57,999 nt of DNA, from positions 1-57,999 of IMG/VR virus record IMGVR_UViG_3300047560_001295. One strand, written 5' to 3'. The translations under genes and the position numbers were made by a program. The stretch's first letter is position 1, and each line of letters begins with the position of its first letter. The DNA is from a virus (Duplodnaviria; Caudoviricetes). The notes below the pieces were generated by a model, which had not been told where the DNA came from, ran no database searches, and saw only the letters and a program-made list of their open reading frames with translations. This document shows positions 10,309 to 19,527 of this stretch, piece by piece.

Positions 10309-10896
10309 TTAGATGTTGAACGCAATTTCAGCGTAGCCGTTGGCGTCAGCGCTGCTGTTCCAGTAAGCGTTGAGCACTTCGATTGTGTTGCCAGCACTAG
10401 CCTGTGCTTCAAAGCCACCCTGTACATGAGAACCCGTTGAGGCTTCATACCATACGTAAACTGGGTTGCCCTTCAGCGGGGTCTGACCTGTGGGAACGGC
10501 GACGATCATAAAGCCGCGGCACATAACGTCCACTTCGCCGGAGACCGGAAGACCAGAAGCACCGATGCCAACAGCACCGAAGTTCTGATTGGTCTGAGCC
10601 TGCTGGAACGGGTACGGACGAACCGTAATACCGTAAAGTGAGATGTTAGCGTCATCCGTGGCGATGATCTTACGGATAGCGTGTGAGGTTGCATCGATAA
10701 CCACAGCCTGACCGAAAGCGGTCGGAGGATTCGTGGTATCCATCAGTGAAGGAAGAATGTCTACCGGATGGGTACGGTTGACATCACCGGGATAGCCAGC
10801 ACCCATGCGGTACTTGAAGGCTACGTCCTTGAACTTTGCTCTTTTCATGTGTTTCACCTTATTTCTTGGAAGAGTAAGACTGCTTGTTAAGCTCAT
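10309..10896 (-). CDS. Capsid decoration/cement protein (likely start MKRAKF)
   Basis: YRMGAGYPGDVNR and YGITVRPYP motifs, ends EIAFNI; sits between protease and capsid. Confidence 0.75.
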   Translation of the reverse strand: MSLTSSLTLPRNKVKHMKRAKFKDVAFKYRMGAGYPGDVNRTHPVDILPSLMDTTNPPTAFGQAVVIDATSHAIRKIIATDDANISLYGITVRPYPFQQAQTNQNFGAVGIGASGLPVSGEVDVMCRGFMIVAVPTGQTPLKGNPVYVWYEASTGSHVQGGFEAQASAGNTIEVLNAYWNSSADANGYAEIAFNI

Positions 10897-12292
10897 TCAG
10901 CTCCGCAAGAGTCATGACCGGCTTTTTGGCCGGACGACCCATGTCAGGAATTGAATCCCGAACCTGACCGCTTGCGTTACTGTTACGCTTAACAGCCGCC
11001 GCAGAACGGAACAGGACTCGAGCTGCATCACAAGTCATCCGACTGGTATCAAGAACCTTGCCATTCATAAGGTCTTCGATAATTGGACGAGTTGCGGCGG
11101 TACCGTAAGCCATATCCAGAGCCTGCTTGCGCAGTTTGCAGATACGCTTTGCGGTAACCACGGGAGCTGCAGCCGAATCAAAAGTAGGAATGCGAATGCC
11201 CGGAGAAAGAATCTCAGCCAGTGCAATCGTATCCTTAAAGCTATCCTTCAGGTAGCGTGAATCGCGAGCCTTGGTGACTTCTTCCTCTGAAACACCTTCA
11301 GGGGCTTCATCCTTGAGGAATTCTTCAAGCTTCTCGCCTTCTTCACCTTCTTCGTCAAGAGTCTCAGCCGCAGGCGGGGTATCCCCAGCAAGCTTAGCTT
11401 CGAGAGCTTCAAGACGCGAACGGAATTCATCATGGTCAGAATCATTGCGTGCGATAAATTCATTGATGTCGTCGTCGGAGAAACCAGTGCGGCCACCGAA
11501 ATCGTCGTCATCCTGTGAACCAGCGTGGATGTGGATATGAGAGCCGCCAAGCTCTTCGTCCAGCATACCAACTCGTTCTTCTTCGGTCAGCGCTTCATCC
11601 TGAGCCATCTCTTCAGCGATTTCGCTGATTTCTTCGGCATCCTTTGCCTTATGAGCCCGGAACAGATAGTCATAGAATCTGCCCAGACCCTTCGTCTTCT
11701 TACTTTTCGCCATTGGTGTAGCCTCTAAGTTAGGTTTCTGGTCTTTGATTGCACATCTTGAACCACAGCGCCCTTGTTCCACAAGAGCAATATGGTTGAT
11801 GATGATATTAGACTGCTTCCCCATACCATCCCCAGTAATTTCGTAATCTGCATCGTATCCGAGGCTGATTTCTCTCTTACCACTCTGGACGGCCTCAATA
11901 CCTTCCGTCGTGGTTATCATTAAGTCCATCAAAAGAAGATCATCCATAGCTCCTTCACCGCGCCGGACATTCAGGGCTACACCGTGGGCTTCACCTTTCC
12001 AATTCGCGGGAGTGACGTCTTCTTCGGGATGGTCATTTGTGACAGGTTTACCAATTGCGCTAGCAATAGTAGCCTGAGAGAAAACGTCTTCCTCATTACG
12101 GAAGATTTTGACAATACCGTCTGGACCCGGCTCGATAGGCGTTTCTTCAGGCCCGTAGATCATCATGCCGGTTCTGGCCACAGGTACATCCCGACACAGC
12201 AAAAAGCCTTCGGGGGTGAGTTCCTGATTCGGCCCGATTTTCTCGACAGTATAGATACTAGCCCTAATCATACTTATCGTTCCAGAATTCAC
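10859..12292 (-). CDS. Prohead protease-scaffold (DUF2213-like)
   Basis: TPEGFL...VARTG, PVTNDHP, EISLGY and NHIALVEQGRCG motifs followed by an acidic scaffold region. Confidence 0.9.
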   Translation of the reverse strand: MNSGTISMIRASIYTVEKIGPNQELTPEGFLLCRDVPVARTGMMIYGPEETPIEPGPDGIVKIFRNEEDVFSQATIASAIGKPVTNDHPEEDVTPANWKGEAHGVALNVRRGEGAMDDLLLMDLMITTTEGIEAVQSGKREISLGYDADYEITGDGMGKQSNIIINHIALVEQGRCGSRCAIKDQKPNLEATPMAKSKKTKGLGRFYDYLFRAHKAKDAEEISEIAEEMAQDEALTEEERVGMLDEELGGSHIHIHAGSQDDDDFGGRTGFSDDDINEFIARNDSDHDEFRSRLEALEAKLAGDTPPAAETLDEEGEEGEKLEEFLKDEAPEGVSEEEVTKARDSRYLKDSFKDTIALAEILSPGIRIPTFDSAAAPVVTAKRICKLRKQALDMAYGTAATRPIIEDLMNGKVLDTSRMTCDAARVLFRSAAAVKRNSNASGQVRDSIPDMGRPAKKPVMTLAELNELNKQSYSSKK

Positions 12293-12360
12293 GTGAAAAC
12301 AAAATAAACAATCAACACGGTAAATTTAAATCCAAGAGCAACTATCAGTCACTTGATTTT

Positions 12361-12789
12361 TTAAATTTTCGCTAATTGGAAATGCATACCATCTGGACGC
12401 TTCCAATTACCGCCCCATTCAAATCCCGCGTCAGTAAAACACTTAACGAATTTTGCTGACAAAACGGGAGGTTTACCCAGTCGGTTCCAAGTGGCATTGA
12501 GATCGATTGCAATGCCCCAAGAATGAAGACTGGGGGATGGGATAATAGTTCCACGAATGTTGCGAATGTTGAAACATCCATCCCAAGTCTTTAGTTCGTG
12601 AACACATCCGGTTGAAATCAGATTCTTAAATGCGGCTTCTAATGGGCCGGGCATTAGTTTGTTACAGTAAATACGTTTTGGGATTACCCCAATTTCGAGA
12701 TTTTCCGGTACATCCCACATCACCATGAACTTGCGTTCATTTTCCTTTGGGTTTCCCCACTTAGCAAAACAGTCTTTTGAAGTAGTCAT
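12361..12789 (-). CDS. Endolysin, M15 family peptidase
   Basis: SLHSWGIAIDLN and WGGNWKRPDGMHFQ zinc-peptidase motifs. Confidence 0.9.
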   Translation of the reverse strand: MTTSKDCFAKWGNPKENERKFMVMWDVPENLEIGVIPKRIYCNKLMPGPLEAAFKNLISTGCVHELKTWDGCFNIRNIRGTIIPSPSLHSWGIAIDLNATWNRLGKPPVLSAKFVKCFTDAGFEWGGNWKRPDGMHFQLAKI

Positions 12790-12977
12790 CTAAACCATCC
12801 TTTATCAAAAGCCATGGTGATGATTGAAGCCAGCGCTCCCACTGTAAAAGTGACTCCGGCTATAAAACCTCTTTGCTTTGTCTGATTTTCCAATATCAAA
12901 TCAACCTTGTCAGCTACTTGTCCCATATGCTCTACTCTTTCTTCGAGCCGGGCGAGGCGGCATGGTACGTCTGGCAT
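12786..12977 (-). CDS. Small membrane protein, holin/antiholin candidate
   Basis: Likely start MPDVPC; coiled coil followed by a C-terminal hydrophobic helix; overlaps the endolysin start. Confidence 0.55.
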   Translation of the reverse strand: MPDVPCRLARLEERVEHMGQVADKVDLILENQTKQRGFIAGVTFTVGALASIITMAFDKGWFR

Positions 12978-12981
12978 TGCT

Positions 12982-13260
12982 TTAACCCTTTTTGATTCCA
13001 GCGTCTTTGTTCGAGGCTGTTTGAATGAGCTGGCCCAATGTGACGCCAAGAATAGCAGCCCCATTAGCAAGAGTCTGAACATCGGTTGCTCCAATACCAA
13101 GACTAATTCCCTGACTCTCCAGAATCGAAATAACTAGAGCCGCTAACGGACCGAGAATCGAAAGAGCTGAAGCTCGTGAGCTCCAAGTCGAGGCATTTGA
13201 TAGTTGTTTGCCGTATTCGAGGGCTTTTGCAAAAGAAGTGACTGCTTCGAAAATGTTCAT
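12982..13260 (-). CDS. Putative holin
   Basis: 92 aa with two hydrophobic segments and a basic C-terminus; upstream of the endolysin. Confidence 0.55.
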   Translation of the reverse strand: MNIFEAVTSFAKALEYGKQLSNASTWSSRASALSILGPLAALVISILESQGISLGIGATDVQTLANGAAILGVTLGQLIQTASNKDAGIKKG

Positions 13261-13272
13261 AGTGTTCTCCGG

Positions 13273-14040
13273 TTAAAGTTCTTCCTCGAGGATAGGTTCT
13301 GGATAACACCGGCAATTTGGGAACATCCCCGCGTGGTACCGATAACCCGGATCAACCTCTGGAGGATCATCCCAAGCAATTATCCTACCGTTAAATTTCT
13401 TATGGCTCGCCCTTACATCCCCGTCTCCTGAGGTTCTCCAGTAATAATGCGTTGCACCCACGTGTTTTGAGCGCGCCATGGTAAGACCTGAAGCCGTTCG
13501 AGCCACTTCTGTGCGGGCGATTAGCTGGGCACGACTTTTAGTAACAGAACCTGTTTCGAGGATTTTTGCCGCTATGCTTGAAGCCCTTTCCCCGGTGGTT
13601 ATCCCTTCAAGCGTCATTTTATGGACCCGTTCAGCCGCTTCAATAGGGAGGCTCTTTATCAAGACTACCTGTTCGGCCATAAATGACCGAAGCGTTTCTC
13701 CAACTGGGGCATCTTGAAGTTCTTTGCGGAGGGATCGATTGATTTGTTTACCTAGACGGGTCCAGTTGTTCTCGTCGATGGATTCAACTCGTTTGACCAT
13801 TTTCTCAGCAGCGCTTTCAGCCCACGGAGTAATGGTTTCACCGTATTGCCTAAGCATGGCTTGAAGTCGGGCTTGCGCTCGCTCCAATTCGTATTGAGTC
13901 ATTTTAATGTTGACCATACCTTTAACCATGTGGTCAATCTGGTTGGTCAGCTTGCGGATGTTTCGAAGATAATCCCGTTCGACCCGGGAGGCTACCGCAT
14001 ACCGTTCTCTTGCCTGACGTTTGAGCTGTCTTTCGTTCAC
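13273..14040 (-). CDS. Head morphogenesis protein (MuF / SPP1 gp7 family)
   Basis: RAQLIARTE, WRTSGDGDVRASH and NCRC motifs. Confidence 0.92.
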   Translation of the reverse strand: MNERQLKRQARERYAVASRVERDYLRNIRKLTNQIDHMVKGMVNIKMTQYELERAQARLQAMLRQYGETITPWAESAAEKMVKRVESIDENNWTRLGKQINRSLRKELQDAPVGETLRSFMAEQVVLIKSLPIEAAERVHKMTLEGITTGERASSIAAKILETGSVTKSRAQLIARTEVARTASGLTMARSKHVGATHYYWRTSGDGDVRASHKKFNGRIIAWDDPPEVDPGYRYHAGMFPNCRCYPEPILEEEL

Positions 14041-15938
14041 AGCTTGTCCGCAAGACCTTTAAGCCTATCGGCAAATCCCGGATACATTTCATATGGGAGC
14101 TCGTCTGGCTTTACCCACAAATGATCGTAATGCTCGTCGCTGAGCTGGGGCTCGAATGGCAATACACCCTTGACCAAGAACAACGTAAACCCATCTTTTG
14201 TATCAAGATACTCAATAGGTGCCTTTGGATCGAGGGTGTATCCGGTTTCTTCACTAAATTCACGGCGAGCACCAGCACGTAAGTCTTCGCCGGCTTCGAC
14301 CCAACCACCGGGACAAGACCAAGTGAACGGACCGGTGGAGGCTAGAGCGGAACGGCGGAGGAGGAGAAGGTAACCGTCTTTATCCACATAAAGGATTCCA
14401 GCCGCTTGCTGTGCACTATCCCTAGCCGGGCCTTTGAACTCAATCATATCTTCCGGTTCATGACCAAGCGGTTCTTCAGGAAGTGGCGGTTCTTCATTCT
14501 CGGCGTCGGTAATGAGTTCATCAGTTACATTGCTGAAAATACCAGTTACGCGGGATTGTTGTTTTAGTTCTTTGAGTGCGGTGCCTCTGTCGATAAGCCC
14601 GGATTCCTCGACACTACTTACTGTGCGCGCCGTGGTCTCTGCAATGGATGCTTTCTCCGTCTCGCTTAACTGCCACAAGCTGTTAAATTCGATGCGGAAG
14701 CCTTCGGGAAGTTCGACGCCTTCAGAGGCTGCTATAGCGCGGTAGACCTTGGTCATTGAAGAACGTAGGTCTTTTTCTTGTTGCTGTTTGATTGTATCGT
14801 AATAATTCCGGAGATCCGTTTCTCCGGTACTAAACCCAGACGGGGACTGGCCGAACAGACGCACTAGCGGGATCTGCAAAGAGCCGGACAATTGCTGGGC
14901 AAACTGGGTAAGTGCTTCAGACAAGCCACCGAATGCAGCGTGGGTATCGGCGCTGACCTCATCCTCGGCATCAAGCAAAGTCATGCCTTCGATACCTTGA
15001 AACCTACGCATCATTTCGACATACTTTGTAAGACCGTTTAGGGCATCTCCGCCCGCAGCCACCACCTGTCGAAGATTCTTGATTTTGTAATTGCGGATGT
15101 AGGACTTATAGACTAATTGGGCGGCACCTGTGGTCGCGGAGTCGAATGCAATCATCCTATCGTAAAGGCGTTCGAGAACACTGAGCCCCCACAGGTTCTC
15201 CATAACGCGTTGCCAATAGGGAAGGCGGATACCTTCTAAACGAATGCAACGACTATAATGAATCTTTTGATTCATTAGCGCAGGTGCCATAGCGGTGACC
15301 CTGTAGTACTTCGGGTTACCCATGTTTGGTCCCATTTCCTGTACAAGGTCATAAAGAGTCGGCTCTACCATCCAACGATCCAGTGGTAGAATGCCTTTGA
15401 ATTGATCTTTGCGAATGGTGTTGAGGCGAAGCGGGGTCGAAAGGTCTTGCCCCTCAACCAACAAAACTCCCAAAGCTCCACCATAAAGGCGAGCCCATTT
15501 AATTGTCTCGTTGACGGACTTCCAGATCCCTAGTGTCACAGCGGCTTCTTCTATTGCCAGCACTTGGCCGGGCTCCATCTCCCCGGTCAGTGATACCCCG
15601 GCTCTGGTCATATCGTCAGCTACAACGTCGACGGCGACGCCGCCAAGCCAACTGCCCCGGTGAATCCATTCCAGCAAGACACGAATGCGGGTGACAGGAT
15701 TAAATCCGTAGGTACTGGATGACATTGCGTTGTCACTACCAATACCGAGATTGTGGGCAAAGTTGACAAAGCTATCCAACGTTTTATCGTTGGATACTTC
15801 GGGGACGTCTTCCCCAGTGATTGCTTGAGAGATTTTCTTAGCGGCGGCATCGGCAACTTCTGCCCGGATACGCTGGTCTTCCTCAAGCTGCTTGTCGACT
15901 ACGCTTTGAATACCGACTCGTTTATTTCTTCGTGACAT
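14037..15938 (-). CDS. Portal protein (DUF1073-like) with a C-terminal Nudix hydrolase domain
   Basis: WARLYGG and IPLVRLFGQSPSG...DLRNYYD portal motifs; complete Nudix box GWVEAGEDLRAGARREFSEETG. Confidence 0.9.
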   Translation of the reverse strand: MSRRNKRVGIQSVVDKQLEEDQRIRAEVADAAAKKISQAITGEDVPEVSNDKTLDSFVNFAHNLGIGSDNAMSSSTYGFNPVTRIRVLLEWIHRGSWLGGVAVDVVADDMTRAGVSLTGEMEPGQVLAIEEAAVTLGIWKSVNETIKWARLYGGALGVLLVEGQDLSTPLRLNTIRKDQFKGILPLDRWMVEPTLYDLVQEMGPNMGNPKYYRVTAMAPALMNQKIHYSRCIRLEGIRLPYWQRVMENLWGLSVLERLYDRMIAFDSATTGAAQLVYKSYIRNYKIKNLRQVVAAGGDALNGLTKYVEMMRRFQGIEGMTLLDAEDEVSADTHAAFGGLSEALTQFAQQLSGSLQIPLVRLFGQSPSGFSTGETDLRNYYDTIKQQQEKDLRSSMTKVYRAIAASEGVELPEGFRIEFNSLWQLSETEKASIAETTARTVSSVEESGLIDRGTALKELKQQSRVTGIFSNVTDELITDAENEEPPLPEEPLGHEPEDMIEFKGPARDSAQQAAGILYVDKDGYLLLLRRSALASTGPFTWSCPGGWVEAGEDLRAGARREFSEETGYTLDPKAPIEYLDTKDGFTLFLVKGVLPFEPQLSDEHYDHLWVKPDELPYEMYPGFADRLKGLADKL

Positions 15939-15987
15939 AGAACCCTCGAGAGTGTGCGGTAATTATCCGGGCCATAACCAATCTTTT

Positions 15988-17424
15988 TCAACTACGCCCT
16001 AAACGCTGCCAAGTCATTAGACTGTCTTGCGCCAATTCGTTAAAAGCATCAGCTGATGCATCCACTTGGTCATCATGTGCTGTGCTGGGGAAAGCCTCAA
16101 GCTCGTCGAAGTAAGCTTCGTTCCAAGCCCCTCTAACCACATCTACATTACCGTGCTGCCATTGAGCCGCGAAGGGTTCGGCCCGAGTTACTTTGTCTCC
16201 GGTTACCCGATTTGTACGGACGGCAAAGCCAGCGAGGTCTTGAACATAACTTTCGACTTGGTCTTTACCGGCTTGTCCGGGATCTTGCGCCAGTCCGACA
16301 AGACAAGAGTAACCGTCAATGAGAGCGGTGTTTTTGACGAGCTCCCTAATCTTACCGGATCTCTCTCGGGCACGAATAACGTGGAGAACCACGTAGCGCC
16401 CATTCTTGCGAAGCCCGATTTTCACCCCTGCAGTCCAATCTGGATTTGGCGAAGTATCGGAGACTTCAGTTGCAGCCAAATCCCAGTATCGGATAAAGCC
16501 TGTAATATCGCTCGGCGCTTCTTCGAGCATGGTGATTTCAGTTCGTTTGAAATACATCCCGGCGACTGGTCTGATTTTCCAGTTACCCCCGAGAAGGCGC
16601 TCTCTTTCGACGCGACTTAACGCCAACAGATTAGCCCGGTAGCCCGGGTCATTACGCATTAAGATTTGGTTGTCTTCAAGTCGGGCGGGAATGAAAGTAA
16701 AAGATTTCGGTTCAACTTCCTTTCCGTATTCAGCTATAAGCTGTTTGCGGCTGTCTCCCCAGACAATGGTATCCTGAAGCCGGATAAACCAGCGGACTAC
16801 ACCTGACCGCTCTGGAATCGGATAACCAGTCTTTTCGTCAATCCACCAGCTAATAAACTCAGCTACCCAACTGTCCGCATCAGGGTTTGTGGTAGCCCTG
16901 ACATAAGGCCGCACCCCGCAAAGAGAACGGTTACGGGAGAGCATGTAGAAAAACTGGTTCTTCGAAAAGTGGGTCAGCTCATCGAACATAATAAGCGGGA
17001 CCTGAGCTCCCTGCCAATCAAGAACCGTATTTTCATTCTCAAGGTGGGCCATTTTGACCTTGCCACCATCTTTCCAACGCCATTCTAGCTGATGGCTTAC
17101 CGCCCGAGCCCCGGAGAAAGGAAACAGCTTAAAAGCCTCATCCCATAAGCCGCCCGGGTTTCTAACCTGCGTTGAATTCCGTCGAAAAATGACGGCTGAG
17201 AATTCTGGATTTGACGGAGTATGCCTAAGGCACTCCATGAGGATAGCGAAGCTTTTACCGCCCCCGGCCGCTCCACCAAACAAGACGATGTCGGCAGAGC
17301 TACCTAAGAATTGTTCTTGAGGACCGGGCTGAGGGCGGAATTCATTCTTCGCTAGTCGTTTCTTCTTCGGTTTGGTCTCTTCCATTGTGGGGGATATAGA
17401 ATTGAACAAATGATTCTTTCTCAC
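15988..17424 (-). CDS. terL: Terminase large subunit (start uncertain)
   Basis: Walker A GAAGGGKS, Walker B IMFDE, TTNP coupling motif, WDLA and HDDQVDA nuclease motifs. Confidence 0.95.
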   Translation of the reverse strand: MRKNHLFNSISPTMEETKPKKKRLAKNEFRPQPGPQEQFLGSSADIVLFGGAAGGGKSFAILMECLRHTPSNPEFSAVIFRRNSTQVRNPGGLWDEAFKLFPFSGARAVSHQLEWRWKDGGKVKMAHLENENTVLDWQGAQVPLIMFDELTHFSKNQFFYMLSRNRSLCGVRPYVRATTNPDADSWVAEFISWWIDEKTGYPIPERSGVVRWFIRLQDTIVWGDSRKQLIAEYGKEVEPKSFTFIPARLEDNQILMRNDPGYRANLLALSRVERERLLGGNWKIRPVAGMYFKRTEITMLEEAPSDITGFIRYWDLAATEVSDTSPNPDWTAGVKIGLRKNGRYVVLHVIRARERSGKIRELVKNTALIDGYSCLVGLAQDPGQAGKDQVESYVQDLAGFAVRTNRVTGDKVTRAEPFAAQWQHGNVDVVRGAWNEAYFDELEAFPSTAHDDQVDASADAFNELAQDSLMTWQRLGRS

Positions 17425-17911
17425 CAGACGGATCTGTGAGGGCTGTTTTTGTGGGCATGTCTAAGCCCAGCAGGCGAGCTCGGCGCTCGGATACTTTGAC
17501 CACACGGTCAATGGCTTGGAGCAAGGGGCCTTGATCTCGAAGTCGGACGGTCTTTGGCTTTCCGGTTTCTTCGTCAATGATGATTCTGCCTTCGGCATCT
17601 TCGATTACGTCCCGGACAACTGCCCCGGAATTAACCATGGGATGAAAGGCTTCAAGCACTTCCATGGCTTTGCGATGGAGGTGGTCGAGTCGGGCTAATT
17701 CGATTTTGCGATGCGTCTCGACATCATCGACGATGATAGCCTTGAGCGCCTGCTTATACATTTTGCGGACGTAGGTCTCGCTATATCCAAGATCCCGGGC
17801 AATCTGGTTAAGGTTCGGATTGTCCCGGTACATCTCGAGGATTTGACGTTGGACCAGTTTACCGGCTTCTGTGGGCCGGCAGTCTTTACGGGAGCGGGGT
17901 AGCTGCGACAT
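17342..17911 (-). CDS. terS: Terminase small subunit
   Basis: N-terminal HTH (QIARDLGYSETYV), RARLLGLD motif, directly upstream of terL. Confidence 0.8.
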   Translation of the reverse strand: MSQLPRSRKDCRPTEAGKLVQRQILEMYRDNPNLNQIARDLGYSETYVRKMYKQALKAIIVDDVETHRKIELARLDHLHRKAMEVLEAFHPMVNSGAVVRDVIEDAEGRIIIDEETGKPKTVRLRDQGPLLQAIDRVVKVSERRARLLGLDMPTKTALTDPSGEKESFVQFYIPHNGRDQTEEETTSEE

Positions 17912-17964
17912 ATGCGTGCGATAATTTGTTTCGATGGCTGGATATTACCGCACGCCAATAGTCT

Positions 17965-18117
17965 TTACCAGAGCTCTTCAAACCTCTTGGCTCGAATAAG
18001 GGAAGCTCGTCTCCGGCGTTCTTTGCGGTTAAGCTGACAATCCATAATCGTCGGATTGCCGAACCGGTCTCGGATCGGAAACTTCCTCGGCAGTGTTTTT
18101 GGTGGCTTGTTCTTCAT
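17965..18117 (-). CDS. Small basic hypothetical protein (50 aa)
   Basis: Hand-translated MKNKPPKTLPRKF...RKERRRRAS...; GAGG Shine-Dalgarno upstream. Confidence 0.45.
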   Translation of the reverse strand: MKNKPPKTLPRKFPIRDRFGNPTIMDCQLNRKERRRRASLIRAKRFEELW

Positions 18118-18334
18118 GGGTATCCTCGGCAATCATTTGTTTCCAACGCATGAGCGTTGCTATGGTTTCATCAATATCTTGCTCCAGTGATTTAACAGAA
18201 CGCCCGGCCCGAAGCAGTTTTTTGATTGCGTGCTGTTGAGCCGGGTCTGTAATCTGGTAAATCCTAAAAATGCGGTAGGGATCAATTCGAATCCCTTTGT
18301 AATCGAAGCTATAGTGGTTTCTTGAGGCCATCAA
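18029..18334 (-). CDS. DUF3310-like protein
   Basis: NHY...DPYR...HAIKKLLRAG...K...QDI pattern. Confidence 0.55.
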   Translation of the reverse strand: MMASRNHYSFDYKGIRIDPYRIFRIYQITDPAQQHAIKKLLRAGRSVKSLEQDIDETIATLMRWKQMIAEDTHEEQATKNTAEEVSDPRPVRQSDDYGLSA

Positions 18335-18900
18335 TGTTCTCCTATCCCGTGAAATCCTTCGGCGGCTCGAATGCCGTGTTGAAACCCAGAAATGAAATCC
18401 GAACTATCCCCATCTTTAATGCCCGCCATCATTACTTCATCCGTCATCGGCTTCCTTGCTGGCTCGGGTCTGGGTGGGTGAAGGTAGAGAGGGGCTATTG
18501 GCGCAAGACTATCGTGGTATTCTTCGTGCCTTTTTCTGTCCATACTGACCCATTGGCGGTAAGACCCGTCCTGCATTTCGGATTCAATGATCCACGCCAC
18601 AGGCTCCGCTTCTGGCTTTGGTCTGATGTATTTGCAATAAGATGTTCCGCCCTCATCACCCCACGGCCCGCCTTCGGTGCATTGACCTGCTGCTAGCGCA
18701 AAGTTTTCTTTTCGATAGTCTTCAATCGTCTCTTTCAACGTGCAAATGAGATCGGTAGTCGAGCCTTCTCTGGCTTGCCGCTCATCAAGCTCTTTGATAT
18801 GAGCCTCGAGCGATTCAATGATTTCTTGGCGTCTTGCCCAGTTACCTCGGTTAATAAGGAACAAGTAAATATCTTTCAGTAATTTTTCAGTATCAGTCAT
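18331..18900 (-). CDS. Hypothetical protein
   Basis: EPVAW...PLYLHP motif common in phage accessory genes; ATGA overlaps at both ends. Confidence 0.7.
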   Translation of the reverse strand: MTDTEKLLKDIYLFLINRGNWARRQEIIESLEAHIKELDERQAREGSTTDLICTLKETIEDYRKENFALAAGQCTEGGPWGDEGGTSYCKYIRPKPEAEPVAWIIESEMQDGSYRQWVSMDRKRHEEYHDSLAPIAPLYLHPPRPEPARKPMTDEVMMAGIKDGDSSDFISGFQHGIRAAEGFHGIGEH

Positions 18901-19091
18901 TTGTTCCTCCTTGAAAACGGTGAGCGCAAGTGTAGGATGCTAGCCCTGTTTTTCAGTGATGATGGTGTTCGGCTTGGAAAGGCGTCTCGAACGGCTTTCA
19001 TTCCACCGTTTCGATAGGCTTCTTTAAATACATCATCTTCTGGCTGAGTCCAGCGCCGGTAGGTATTTGGACCCCGCTTAACAAACATCAT
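18897..19091 (-). CDS. Small Myb-like helix-turn-helix protein
   Basis: RRWTQPED...FPSRT...KNRA pattern. Confidence 0.6.
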   Translation of the reverse strand: MMFVKRGPNTYRRWTQPEDDVFKEAYRNGGMKAVRDAFPSRTPSSLKNRASILHLRSPFSRRNK

Positions 19092-19297
19092 TCTTCCTCC
19101 AACACTTTCAGAGCGGCTCGGGCCTTAATGGCGGACTCCCATCCCATGCTTTCGCCGCCTTTAATCATGTCTTCCAACCCCTCGACCAAATCACCCACTA
19201 GGTCTGCGCGGACATAATCAACATCGTCATCAGATTGTTTTTGAACATCATCCCAGTCCATGTGCCGGGATAACCAAATTCGTTTTGGTGCTTTCAT
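19088..19297 (-). CDS. Hypothetical protein
   Basis: APKRIWL...YVRAD; coupled to neighbours. Confidence 0.65.
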   Translation of the reverse strand: MKAPKRIWLSRHMDWDDVQKQSDDDVDYVRADLVGDLVEGLEDMIKGGESMGWESAIKARAALKVLEEE

Positions 19298-19527
19298 TTT
19301 TCCTCCAGCTTGTTAGTGTGGTAAATGATTGTACATTCAACTTGTTTAGCCTGAGTACTCTTTTCTTGATGCCACAATTCCCCCATCTGGTTAAATCCCC
19401 AGATGAAGAAGACTGCGAAGCCTATCCACATGATAGCAAGGATCGCGCCGATTACAATATCACCGAGCGTTTGCATTAGAAATCTCCGGGAGCCACTTGA
19501 AGGCAGGTCAGGCCAAGACCCCGCCAC
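19294..19527 (-). CDS. Small membrane protein (likely start MQTLG)
   Basis: Single hydrophobic helix. Confidence 0.55.
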   Translation of the reverse strand: MAGSWPDLPSSGSRRFLMQTLGDIVIGAILAIMWIGFAVFFIWGFNQMGELWHQEKSTQAKQVECTIIYHTNKLEEK

